In this document: positions 1 to 8,579 of the stretch, piece after piece
How positions within the stretch are numbered: the stretch's first letter is position 1
Layout: every line of letters begins with the position of its first letter
Origin: Psychrobacter cryohalolentis K5
GTDB taxonomy: Bacteria > Pseudomonadota > Gammaproteobacteria > Pseudomonadales > Moraxellaceae
Direction: 5' to 3'
NCBI RefSeq assembly: GCF_000013905.1
Contig: NC_007969.1
Location: forward strand, 660,001 to 692,000
Length of the DNA stretch: 32,000 nucleotides
Notes under the pieces: model-generated
Database searches by the model: none
Seen by the model: only the letters and a program-made list of their open reading frames with translations
What the model was told of the DNA's origin: nothing
Translations under genes and position numbers: made by a program

Positions 1-221
1 TGTTAGAGAAGAAGCAGGGAATGCCATTTGCCTTATATATTCGTGCAGGTCATGATGGTACGGGCACCAAGCTTGCGCTGAAGACGATTACCACTGGTCT
101 GCGTTGGGAATGGATCCAAGAAGCGCTAATACTGCAAGGCGATTGGCAAGAAGAGTTTACTGAGCAAGTTGAAGAGCTGGCGATGACACTGGCAGCTGGG
201 GTAGAAGCGGGTATTTATTAG
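1..221 (+). CDS. 3' end of a CDS that begins upstream of the window (hypothetical protein)
   Basis: The frame of the 21..221 ORF stays open back to base 3 with no in-frame stop, so the listed Met is probably internal. Stop codon TAG at 219-221. I recognise no family motif. Confidence 0.4.
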   Translation, partial: LEKKQGMPFALYIRAGHDGTGTKLALKTITTGLRWEWIQEALILQGDWQEEFTEQVEELAMTLAAGVEAGIY

Positions 222-293
222 TTTTTAATGCTTTGCTTGTAGTCATTATTCCTATCAAAGCTGTGACAGTGTAGACCTATAAGGATGTGAGCC

Positions 294-947
294 GTGTTTA
301 ATAATGATTCAAATAATACTCAGTCTATTGCTCCTGTTGGTATACCGTTTTCTCAAGCGTGTGAAAATAATAAGCAGCCGATTTTAGAAATTTTACAGCA
401 AGAACTGCAATATTGTATTCATGTATTAGAAGTGGGTTCAGGGACGGGTCAGCATAGCGTTTATTTTGCGCCAAGATTGACCCATTTAACATGGCAGACC
501 AGTGATGTGTTAGCCCATCATGCGACTATTAATGCTTGGCATGCTGCTTATCCTGCGCCCAATTTATATGCGCCGCTAACTTTTGATTTGGCAGTCGATC
601 CATTACCGATTAGTCTTGCTAGCAATCAGCCCTATGATGCGGTATTTACCGCCAACACCCTGCATATTATCTCATGGTCTTTGGTGGAAAAGTTGTTTGA
701 GTTAGTAGGTGAGGCTTTACCTATCAATGGAAAGTTAATCGTATATGGACCGTTTAATGAAAACGGACAGTATACCAGCGCGGGTAATCAGCAGTTTGAT
801 AGTAGTCTCAGACAACGCGACCCAAAGAGCGGTATTCGTCATTTAGAAGACATAATAGCTTTGGCAAATACACATATGCTAAAACTATCTGATAAATATG
901 CGATGCCTGCTAATAACCAGCTATTGGTATTCCAAAAAATTAGATAA
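294..947 (+). CDS. DUF938-like class I SAM-dependent methyltransferase-fold protein
   Basis: 217-aa ORF with a GTG start 7 nt after AAGGA. It has a SAM-binding motif I (LEVGSGTGQH) and the N-terminal PFSQACENNKxPIL signature I associate with DUF938 proteins. A strong terminator follows. Confidence 0.75.
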   Translation: MFNNDSNNTQSIAPVGIPFSQACENNKQPILEILQQELQYCIHVLEVGSGTGQHSVYFAPRLTHLTWQTSDVLAHHATINAWHAAYPAPNLYAPLTFDLAVDPLPISLASNQPYDAVFTANTLHIISWSLVEKLFELVGEALPINGKLIVYGPFNENGQYTSAGNQQFDSSLRQRDPKSGIRHLEDIIALANTHMLKLSDKYAMPANNQLLVFQKIR

Positions 948-961
948 CGAATCTTTGGCAT

Positions 962-1015
962 AAAAAGACCTCTTAATCGATCGTTTTAAGATCTTGATTG
1001 AGAGGTCTTTTTTTA
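962..1015. terminator. Bidirectional rho-independent terminator
   Basis: Long hairpin AAGACCTCTTAATCGATC...GATCTTGATTGAGAGGTCTT (9 bp + 4 bp + 4 bp with one mismatch and a bulge). It has an A-run on the 5' side and TTTTTTT on the 3' side. It sits between the convergent 294..947 (+) and 1187..1996 (-) genes. Confidence 0.7.
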
Positions 1016-1166
1016 TATCTATAATTGATCCCAAATAAAAAAGATGCGTTATATTGCAACGCGGAACAGGTATAAATATTTCTGGCATGCTGTGCCTACG
1101 CCGACAGAGGCTGCGAAAAATTTATTCCCATTCCGCTGTATCGTTTTAATACTGAATTTACTATAT
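1015..1166 (-). repeat. Copy A of a ~150-nt structured intergenic repeat (MITE-like or structured-RNA element), minus-strand orientation
   Basis: Its reverse complement aligns end to end with 4744..4893. Flanks are near-identical (aattcagtattaaaacgatacag ... aatataacgNatct) and the 37-nt core cgcagcctctgtcggcNtaggcacagcaNgccagaaa is shared. The 19-20-nt arms around the core form a long helix. Confidence 0.75.
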
Positions 1167-1186
1167 TTAAATTATATACAGTCAAA

Positions 1187-1996
1187 TTACTTATAGGCTT
1201 CTGCTAAAAAATCTAAATAACGTTTCCAAGAACGCTCATCAGCACGGGCATCATATCTATCGCTTCCGAACACACTAAAGGCATGTGGCGCACCACTATA
1301 GGTTAGCATCTCATGTGGCACTTTTGCCGCTTCTAACGTCTTACCCAAAGTGGCAAAGCTTTCAAGGGAGACGGATTCATCCGCAGAGCCATGAAATACC
1401 AATATCTCGCCAGTCGTTTTATCATAACTTTGACCTATTGGGGTGTCAAAGGCACCATGGAAAGGGACAAACGCTTTCTGTGGGAATCCTGAGCGTGCTA
1501 ACTCTAAAGCAACTGTACCGCCAAAACAATAGCCCATCGTCACGCCTGTGCGTGCATCATTGCCTTGCGCTTGACCGGCGTTCAATGCGCCTTGAAGTAG
1601 GCGGCGCATTTTGCTGCGATCGTCATATAGTGCACCAGTTAGGCGTTTATTGTCTTCAATAGTTGTCGGGCGGATACTTTGCCCAAACATATCAGCAGCC
1701 AGTACGTTATAGCCTTCACTTGCCAACATATCAGCGCGCTTGCGCTCATAATCGGTGAGCCCATCCCAATCATGAATCAGTAATATAAATGGCGCATTGG
1801 GTTTATCTGCTTTGGCGTAATAGCCCTCATAGGGTTGATTATCTACCGTATAAGTGACATTTTTAGTGCTAATCGCTGCCGCTGTTTGGCTAAGTAGTAG
1901 TGCTGTTAAGCCTACAGAGGCGCTGTACAATAACTTTTCGCCGTAGCGCTTAGATGATTTAATAGAAGTGGATGTGAATGTCATGGGTAGCCTCAT
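1187..1996 (-). CDS. Dienelactone hydrolase family protein, probably exported
   Basis: 269-aa ORF with a hydrophobic N-terminal signal-like segment (LLLSQTAAA). DLH-type alpha/beta-hydrolase motifs are present: HDWDG, nucleophile elbow GYCFGG, and C-terminal GAPHAF. Confidence 0.85.
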   Translation of the reverse strand: MRLPMTFTSTSIKSSKRYGEKLLYSASVGLTALLLSQTAAAISTKNVTYTVDNQPYEGYYAKADKPNAPFILLIHDWDGLTDYERKRADMLASEGYNVLAADMFGQSIRPTTIEDNKRLTGALYDDRSKMRRLLQGALNAGQAQGNDARTGVTMGYCFGGTVALELARSGFPQKAFVPFHGAFDTPIGQSYDKTTGEILVFHGSADESVSLESFATLGKTLEAAKVPHEMLTYSGAPHAFSVFGSDRYDARADERSWKRYLDFLAEAYK

Positions 1997-2429
1997 TATG
2001 TTAGTTAAAAAATGTCAGTGAAAAATAGCCTATTTCAAAACCGATCCACCCTTTTAACCCTAATGAGCAGACACCTTTTACAGGATAGCGTAAAGAATAA
2101 CGACATAACAACGCTATATTGTTAAAAATAATAAGTGTTTCTATCGTTTATAAATTTAACTAATGCCTGTTTTTCTTAACCAAATATCAACACGCTTAAC
2201 CATATAGTTGACATACCTGAGCAAGATTTTTGAGTAAGATAATTGTTGAGCTCAGCATTGCTATCTCAAGAGTGCTTGAATCAGTTTTTATCTTTAACCG
2301 TGCTACAACACAGAAAATAAACGGACATTTGAAGTCGCCACTATCGCTACGGATATAAAAACTGTGTTAGCGCTTATTAAATGGTCTAGTTATAGTCCAT
2401 TTTTACTCATCAGCTAGCTAGGATATTTT

Positions 2430-4517
2430 ATGAATAAGAATATTGATCATACCGACCCCGCTAAAGACATGAATATGGAACGTGGCAATGGTGGTGAAAC
2501 CCATCAACGTGCAGGTGATGACACCAAAGTACTCACCACCCAGCAAGGTGTACCAATTTCGGACAATCAAAACTCACTCAAAGCAGGACCACGCGGTCCA
2601 ACGCTATTAGAGGATTTTGTCTTACGTGAAAAGATCCATCACTTTGACCATGAGCGTATTCCTGAGCGTATTGTGCATGCGCGTGGTAGTGCCGCACACG
2701 GTTATTTTGAGCTGACCGAATCATTAGAAGAATATACCACGGCTAAAATTTTGACTGAGACTGGCAAACAAACGCCACTATTTACGCGTTTTTCAACTGT
2801 TGCCGGTAGTAAAGGCTCAAAAGATACACCGCGTGATGTACGTGGCTTTTCAGTAAAAGTTTATACCGAAGAAGGCAACTGGGATTTGGTCGGTAATGAC
2901 ATGCCGATTTTCTTTATCCAAGATGCAATGAAATTCCCAGACCTTGTCCATGCAGTCAAACCTGAGCCGGATCGTGGTTTTCCGCAAGCGGCGTCCGCTC
3001 ATGATACGTTTTGGGACTTTGTATCATTAAGTCCTGAAACCATGCACAATGTCATTTGGTTGATGAGTGATCGCGGGATACCGCGTAGCTTACGCATGAT
3101 TGAAGGTTTTGGTATTCATAGTTATCGCCTAATTAATAAAGAAGGCAAAAGTACCTTTATGCGTTTCCACTGGAAACCAGTGCTCGGCGTACAATCAACG
3201 ACATGGGATGAAGCGGTAAAAATCTCTGGTGCCGATCCTGATTATCATCGCCGCGATTTGTTTGAATCGATTAATAACGGTGATTTCCCTGAATGGGAAT
3301 TTGGTGTGCAATTATTCACGGAAGAAGAAGCCAATGACTTTCCATTTGACCATTTAGATGCGACCAAGCTGATTCCAGAAGAAATGGTGCCCGTTAAAAT
3401 CGTTGGTAAAATGGTGCTAAATCGTTATCCTGATAATTTCTTTGCTGAAACAGAGCAAGTGGCCTTCTGTCCATCGCATGTACCGCCGGGTATTGATTTT
3501 AGTAATGATCCCTTATTACAAGGTCGTCTGTTCAGCTACTTGGACACTCAGTTATCGCGCTTAGGCTCACCAAATTTTGCACAAATTCCAATCAATGCAC
3601 CAAAATGTCCATTTGCTAATAATCAGCAAGATGGTCATATGCAGATGCAAGTGCCAAAAACGCGCGTGCTTTATGAGCCACAAAGTCTTGATCCTACCAG
3701 ACCACGTGAGAGTGTGAGAAAAGGTTTTGCATCTTTTGCTGAGACGTTAGATGATGGTGTTAAAGGTCGCGTGCGCGCTGAGAGCTTCGCGGATCATTAT
3801 AGTCAGCCACGTATGTTCTATCGCAGCCAAACGACAGTTGAACAAGCACATATTGCCTCAGCCTATGCTTTTGAGCTAGGTAAAGTAGATACAGCGCATG
3901 TCCGTAGTCGTACGCTTAGCCATTTACGTAATATCGATGAAGATTTGGCAAGTCGCGTGGCAAAAGCGTTGGGTATGGAGCTGCCGGAAGCTGCTGAATC
4001 TGCCGCACCTATTCAAGATATGGAAATCTCTCCAGCCCTAAGAACGATTGGTCTGTCACCTAAAAGTTTAAAGGGTCGCATGATTGGTATCTTGGTAGCG
4101 GAAGGCTCAAAGCATAGTGAAATAGAAAAATACGAGAAGGCGGCGCAAGCGCAAGGTGCCAGTGTCAAAATTATTGCACCGAATAAAGAAGTCAAATTGG
4201 ACGATGATACCATCATACAAGTTGATGAGCGCGTAGCAGGGGGTCCGTCTGTGATGTTTGATGCCGTGGTTAGTATCATCATGCCTGACCAAGCTAAGAA
4301 GTTGGCTAAAGACAGTGCCACGTTAGATTGGTTCACGGATGCTTATGTACATTGTAAAGCGATTTCTTATTGCGGGGCGACAGATGAGTTTATCTTAAGT
4401 AAGCTGCCGATTGAAAAAGATGCCTTTGTCACGCCACTATCTGATGTGGACGTCTTTATTGAAAATGCCAAATCGCGCTTATGGGAACGTGAGCCAAAGG
4501 TTCGTGACTTAGCTTAA
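2430..4517 (+). CDS. katE: Large-subunit catalase (HPII type)
   Basis: 695-aa ORF with canonical catalase core motifs ([47 protein letters not shown]) plus the extra C-terminal DJ-1/PfpI-like domain typical of HPII. AGGA lies 7 nt before the ATG. Confidence 0.95.
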   Translation: MNKNIDHTDPAKDMNMERGNGGETHQRAGDDTKVLTTQQGVPISDNQNSLKAGPRGPTLLEDFVLREKIHHFDHERIPERIVHARGSAAHGYFELTESLEEYTTAKILTETGKQTPLFTRFSTVAGSKGSKDTPRDVRGFSVKVYTEEGNWDLVGNDMPIFFIQDAMKFPDLVHAVKPEPDRGFPQAASAHDTFWDFVSLSPETMHNVIWLMSDRGIPRSLRMIEGFGIHSYRLINKEGKSTFMRFHWKPVLGVQSTTWDEAVKISGADPDYHRRDLFESINNGDFPEWEFGVQLFTEEEANDFPFDHLDATKLIPEEMVPVKIVGKMVLNRYPDNFFAETEQVAFCPSHVPPGIDFSNDPLLQGRLFSYLDTQLSRLGSPNFAQIPINAPKCPFANNQQDGHMQMQVPKTRVLYEPQSLDPTRPRESVRKGFASFAETLDDGVKGRVRAESFADHYSQPRMFYRSQTTVEQAHIASAYAFELGKVDTAHVRSRTLSHLRNIDEDLASRVAKALGMELPEAAESAAPIQDMEISPALRTIGLSPKSLKGRMIGILVAEGSKHSEIEKYEKAAQAQGASVKIIAPNKEVKLDDDTIIQVDERVAGGPSVMFDAVVSIIMPDQAKKLAKDSATLDWFTDAYVHCKAISYCGATDEFILSKLPIEKDAFVTPLSDVDVFIENAKSRLWEREPKVRDLA

Positions 4518-4557
4518 TTTGGCTTAATATATTCGTATTTAAATCTCCAACAATGAA

Positions 4558-4582
4558 CTCAGCCACTGTGCTGGGTTTTTTT
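4558..4582 (+). terminator. Rho-independent terminator of katE
   Basis: Stem CTCAGC/GCTGGG (one G:U pair), 6-nt loop, followed by seven T. It starts 41 nt after the katE stop. Confidence 0.5.
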
Positions 4583-4743
4583 ATGAGAATTTTTTATTCT
4601 TCAGCCTAAATAATTTTTAGTCACAAGCGTTCACTGAATATTACTTCTAAACCTTTATTGAACGTTATAATCATCAATCATATTGTTTAATAACATCAAG
4701 AATACGGCAATGAACAAGCTGGTTAAATATAGCCTTTGCTTTC

Positions 4744-4893
4744 ATATAATGAATTCAGTATTAAAACGATACAGTAGTACTGGGATAAATTTTACGCAGC
4801 CTCTGTCGGCTTAGGCACAGCAAGCCAGAAAAATTTATCCCAGTACTGCCTTGGAATATAACGAATCTGTTTTATTTAGAATTAACTAGATAT
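4744..4893 (+). repeat. Copy B of the ~150-nt structured intergenic repeat, plus-strand orientation
   Basis: Aligns with the reverse complement of 1015..1166. It contains a perfect 18-bp helix, AGTACTGGGATAAATTTT / AAAATTTATCCCAGTACT, around the conserved 37-nt core. The element ends are imperfect terminal inverted repeats (atat..aattc..aaaac..gat). Confidence 0.75.
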
Positions 4894-4941
4894 GGATATT
4901 TAAATGGCTAATATAAGCGTTGTATTAGATAAAGGGATATT

Positions 4942-5724
4942 ATGAGTTTAGTAGATATCGTTGCGATAGAGGGATATATTCAGACAACGTATATGGCGGT
5001 TTATCCTGACAAGTTATTATTGTTAGATTCAGGGTGTCGATGTGATGTCGATAAGATTTTAGCGTATATTACCGACAATCTAAAACGTCCAGTTGAGCAA
5101 CTTAAGACCGTCATGGTCACGCATATGCATCCCGATCATGCGGGCGGCGCTAAGCTGTTGCAGCAAAAAACCGGCTGTCAGATAGTTACCGCAATGTCCG
5201 AAAAGCCTTGGTACCATGGTATTTTGGGTAGAATTTCCCATTTAAATGATTTGGGATTGACTTATTATGTCGCCAGTCGCCAAGGTAAGTCCATGACCAA
5301 CGTCTGGTACCACCCCATTTTAAAAGCGGATATCACTGTTCAAGATGGCGACCGTGTGCCAAATTTTGACGATTGGATCGTCTTGGAGACGCCAGGGCAT
5401 ACCGATCGGGACTTGTCTTTATGGCATCCGCAAAGCAAGCAGGCGTATACCGCAGATCTCATATTAATCATCAAAAATAGATTTGTCTCGCCTTATTTAA
5501 TTACCTTACCTGACGCTTACCGCGCGTCATTGGACAAGGTAAAAGCACTGCAACCAGATACTTTATTACTGGCGCATGATAAAAGAGTTAAGCTTAGCGA
5601 TAAAGACTTTGAAAAATTGATAGAACGGGCACCGAATGAACCACGCAAAACAACGTTACAAAATGGTTTTAAGCTCATGCTTGCACAAGTTAAATTTGCT
5701 CGTAAAAGAGTAGATACCCCTTAA
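4942..5724 (+). CDS. MBL-fold metallo-hydrolase
   Basis: 260-aa ORF with the metallo-beta-lactamase zinc motif THMHPDHAGG and a downstream GHTD motif. Confidence 0.85.
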   Translation: MSLVDIVAIEGYIQTTYMAVYPDKLLLLDSGCRCDVDKILAYITDNLKRPVEQLKTVMVTHMHPDHAGGAKLLQQKTGCQIVTAMSEKPWYHGILGRISHLNDLGLTYYVASRQGKSMTNVWYHPILKADITVQDGDRVPNFDDWIVLETPGHTDRDLSLWHPQSKQAYTADLILIIKNRFVSPYLITLPDAYRASLDKVKALQPDTLLLAHDKRVKLSDKDFEKLIERAPNEPRKTTLQNGFKLMLAQVKFARKRVDTP

Positions 5725-5739
5725 TCAAATAATACAAAC

Positions 5740-5775
5740 AAAAAAAAGCCCAATCAATAGATGATTGGGCTTTTC
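5740..5775. terminator. Bidirectional rho-independent terminator
   Basis: Perfect 10-bp stem AGCCCAATCA/TGATTGGGCT with a 5-nt loop, an A8 run upstream and TTTT downstream. It lies between the MBL gene (+) and the 3' end of tRNA-Lys (-). Confidence 0.7.
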
Positions 5776-5780
5776 GAATA

Positions 5781-5856
5781 TGGTGGGCCGACCGCGACTC
5801 GAACGCGGGACCAATTGATTAAAAGTCAACTGCTCTACCAACTGAGCTATCGGCCC
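5781..5856 (-). tRNA. tRNA-Lys (anticodon UUU), CCA encoded
   Basis: Reverse complement is GGGCCGATAGCTCAGTTGGTAGAGCAGTTGACTTTTAATCAATTGGTCCCGCGTTCGAGTCGCGGTCGGCCCACCA. It folds as a cloverleaf: acceptor GGGCCGA/TCGGCCC, D stem GCTC/GAGC, anticodon loop CTTTTAA, T stem CCGCG/CGCGG. Confidence 0.95.
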
Positions 5857-6075
5857 TGAGCGAGGATAAAACGAAGCACTGCTTCGTCTGAGCGCAAGAG
5901 AATTTACATTTTCGTAAATTCTAAAAACTCAGCATCCAAACTAGGTTTGCATTTACTGCAAGATAAATTTCCTTAAAGGGAAATTTATTAAAACTAGACA
6001 TCAAAAAGGATGTCTTTAAACTTATTACACTATTACCGGATAGAGTAGCATATATAATAAGGGTAATACTAAAGA

Positions 6076-6151
6076 TGGTGGGCCGACCGCGACTCGAACG
6101 CGGGACCAATTGATTAAAAGTCAACTGCTCTACCAACTGAGCTATCGGCCC
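6076..6151 (-). tRNA. tRNA-Lys (anticodon UUU), second identical copy
   Basis: 76-nt sequence identical to 5781..5856, located 295 nt further along. Confidence 0.95.
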
Positions 6152-6488
6152 TGAAGAGTATAAAAAAAGCACTGCTTTTTAACTCTACAAGTGAAAATTC
6201 TTTTAAGGAAATTTTCGGTAAGCTTAAGGTCTTTCTTTATTGACTACTCAATATCAAAAGAGGCATCAAACTCGTTTCACATTTAGATAATTTGTATCTC
6301 TAAACGTGAGAGCACATTATATATATAATTAAGACAAATACAACCCCGAATCAGCAAAAAAGTTAAAAATCTTAGATAATAATGAATGTTTTTTAACTTT
6401 GACTCTTATTTGGCTATCGAGTCACCTATTATCGCGGACAGTTTGTTATTTTAAAAATGATGTTTGAAAATTTTTGCTTAAAATCTTA

Positions 6489-8486
6489 CTAATCTCTAGA
6501 GAGCGCTTCAACAGGATCCAATTTGGCGGCATTACGGGCAGGCAAGAATCCAAATACCACGCCAATAAGTGTCGAACAAACAAAGGCGGCAATAATGGAT
6601 GTCGAAGAATAAATGACTTTAAAACTATCACCACCAACACGGTTGATCAGCTCACCAATAGCAAACGCCAGTCCAATGCCTAATAAACCACCTAATATAC
6701 AGACCAAAATGGCTTCAATCAAAAACTGCTGCATGATATCGCTTTGACGAGCACCGACTGCCATACGTACGCCAATCTCATTGGTGCGCTCGGTCACGGA
6801 TACCAGCATGATATTCATGACGCCAATGCCGCCGACAATCAGCGAGATAATGGCGATAGAGGATATCAGCAAGGTCAATGCTGCCGTTGTAGACTCAATG
6901 GTTTGACGGATAGAGTCGGAGTTACGTATGCGAAAATCATCGGTACCGTGACGGCTTGTCATCAGATCTGAGATGGCAGACTCAGCGGCAGAAGAGGAGA
7001 TGTTATTATCAATCAGCGCAATAAAACTCTCGATATAGGCGCTGCCTATAAGCCGTGACATCATGGTGGTATAGGGCATATATAAAGTAGGGGTGTCGAC
7101 GCTTCTACTAAACCCGCCTTCGTTTGGCTCCAGTACCCCAATCACGCGTCCAGGAACACTCCCTATTAATAGTACCTCACCGATAGGATTTGCTATAGTA
7201 GGAAAGAAAGTTTTATGTGCATTGCTGTCGATAATAATATCTTGGGTACGGCGTAAGATACTTTGTTCATCAAAGCCTTGACCCATTGCCAATGTTTCAC
7301 CACTGACATCGAGATAATCTTTACCTACTCCGCTGATACTGGCGGCTTCTTGGACATTACGATAGCGGACGCTCATATTGCTATTCAGCTGTGGACTGAC
7401 ACTAAGCACATAAGGCTGATCTGCAACCGCTTGGGCATCCTGTGGGGTCAAGTTGTCATCATTATACTGACGTCTAGGATCGCCGTAAGGGTAGCCGTCG
7501 GTGACGGTGATGGTATTGGTACCTAGTGAGCTAATATTGGACAAAATCTGCTCTTGTGAGCCTTTACCGAGCCCGACAACCGATACCACAGAGGCAATAC
7601 CAATGATGATACCTAGCATTGTCAGCAGAGTACGCATTTTGTGCGCACGCATCGCAAGTAAAGACATTTTAAACGATTCAAGCAAGCGGTCGATAAAGCT
7701 GCCAAAAGCACTTTTACGGTGTTTGTCTATTATCGACGCAGGTTGTGCTGCTGGACGCTGATAGTCTTCGTTTTTATAATCGGCAATGATATAACCGTCT
7801 TTGATTTCAATCACGCGCTCAGCTTGGGCAGCAAGACTGGGGTCATGCGTTACCATAATAATGGTATGACCTTGCGCATTTAAGTCTTTTAAAATTTGTA
7901 CGACATCTTTGCCTGACTTGCTATCTAGCGCGCCTGTCGGCTCATCCGCTAGGATAATATCACCGCCGTTCATCAATGCCCTTGCGATGGACACACGCTG
8001 CTGCTGACCACCCGATAACTGGCTTGGACGATTATTGACTTTGTCCGCCAGTCCCAAGTCTGATAAGAGCTTTTCGGCACGTTCATTGCGCGCTTGCCCG
8101 TCCATCCCTGCATAGACGGCAGGCACAGAGACATTGTCACGGGCACTGATGTCACCCAATAGATGGTAACGTTGAAAAATAAAACCAAAGTGTTCACGGC
8201 GCAGTTTTGCCAGTTCATCAGGGACTAAACGATTCACGGATTGACCAAATACTTGATAATCGCCGGCAGTCGCTTGATCCAAGCAGCCCAAAATATTCAT
8301 CAAGGTTGATTTGCCTGAGCCTGATTGTCCAATAATAGCCACCATCTCGCCTTGATGGATGGTTAGATTGATATCGTGCAATACACGAATGGTCTGCTCG
8401 CCGGCTTTAAACTCTCTAATCAAGCCTTTGACTTGCATCAAAGGCTTATCAGTGGCGGCGTTAGCATAAAGATCTTGGCTGCTCAT
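6489..8486 (-). CDS. macB: MacB-type ABC efflux transporter, fused ATPase and permease
   Basis: 665-aa ORF. The N-terminal ABC domain has Walker A GQSGSGKST, signature LSGGQQQRV and Walker B ILADEPTGALD. It continues with a large periplasmic domain and a C-terminal FtsX-like 4-TM permease. It lies directly downstream of macA. Confidence 0.93.
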   Translation of the reverse strand: MSSQDLYANAATDKPLMQVKGLIREFKAGEQTIRVLHDINLTIHQGEMVAIIGQSGSGKSTLMNILGCLDQATAGDYQVFGQSVNRLVPDELAKLRREHFGFIFQRYHLLGDISARDNVSVPAVYAGMDGQARNERAEKLLSDLGLADKVNNRPSQLSGGQQQRVSIARALMNGGDIILADEPTGALDSKSGKDVVQILKDLNAQGHTIIMVTHDPSLAAQAERVIEIKDGYIIADYKNEDYQRPAAQPASIIDKHRKSAFGSFIDRLLESFKMSLLAMRAHKMRTLLTMLGIIIGIASVVSVVGLGKGSQEQILSNISSLGTNTITVTDGYPYGDPRRQYNDDNLTPQDAQAVADQPYVLSVSPQLNSNMSVRYRNVQEAASISGVGKDYLDVSGETLAMGQGFDEQSILRRTQDIIIDSNAHKTFFPTIANPIGEVLLIGSVPGRVIGVLEPNEGGFSRSVDTPTLYMPYTTMMSRLIGSAYIESFIALIDNNISSSAAESAISDLMTSRHGTDDFRIRNSDSIRQTIESTTAALTLLISSIAIISLIVGGIGVMNIMLVSVTERTNEIGVRMAVGARQSDIMQQFLIEAILVCILGGLLGIGLAFAIGELINRVGGDSFKVIYSSTSIIAAFVCSTLIGVVFGFLPARNAAKLDPVEALSRD

Positions 8487-8579
8487 TTACTATCCTGCTT
8501 ATCTTAATCAATATCAAAGCTGATTTGTCGCTAATTTAAATTCATTTAAATCTTGTTCTATCTGATTCTGGAGTTAGGG

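Noticed and set aside
2208-2243. Perfect TTGACA -35 hexamer upstream of katE
   Set aside because: No acceptable -10 element occurs at 16-19 nt spacing: TGAGTA lies at 17 nt, TAAGAT at 21 nt and GATAAT at 24 nt. I do not call it a promoter.
4641-4671. TATAAT at 4666-4671 with TTACTT 19 nt upstream, pointing into repeat copy B and the MBL gene
   Set aside because: The spacing is suboptimal and the -35 is weak. In AT-rich intergenic DNA such hexamers arise by chance. It is worth remembering only as a possible source of a transcript through copy B.
1-5860. Possible genomic island integrated at the 3' end of tRNA-Lys (DUF938, hydrolase, katE and MBL genes lie on the 3' side of the tRNAs)
   Set aside because: The window shows no integrase or recombinase, no partial direct repeat of the tRNA 3' end, and no obvious compositional break. 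I kept only the narrower observation about the flanking structured repeats.
5921-6172. 83-aa minus-strand ORF
   Set aside because: It reads straight through the second tRNA-Lys gene; the peptide segment GPIAQLVEQLTFNQLVPRSSRGRPT is just translated tRNA. The rest is AT-rich spacer. Not a gene.
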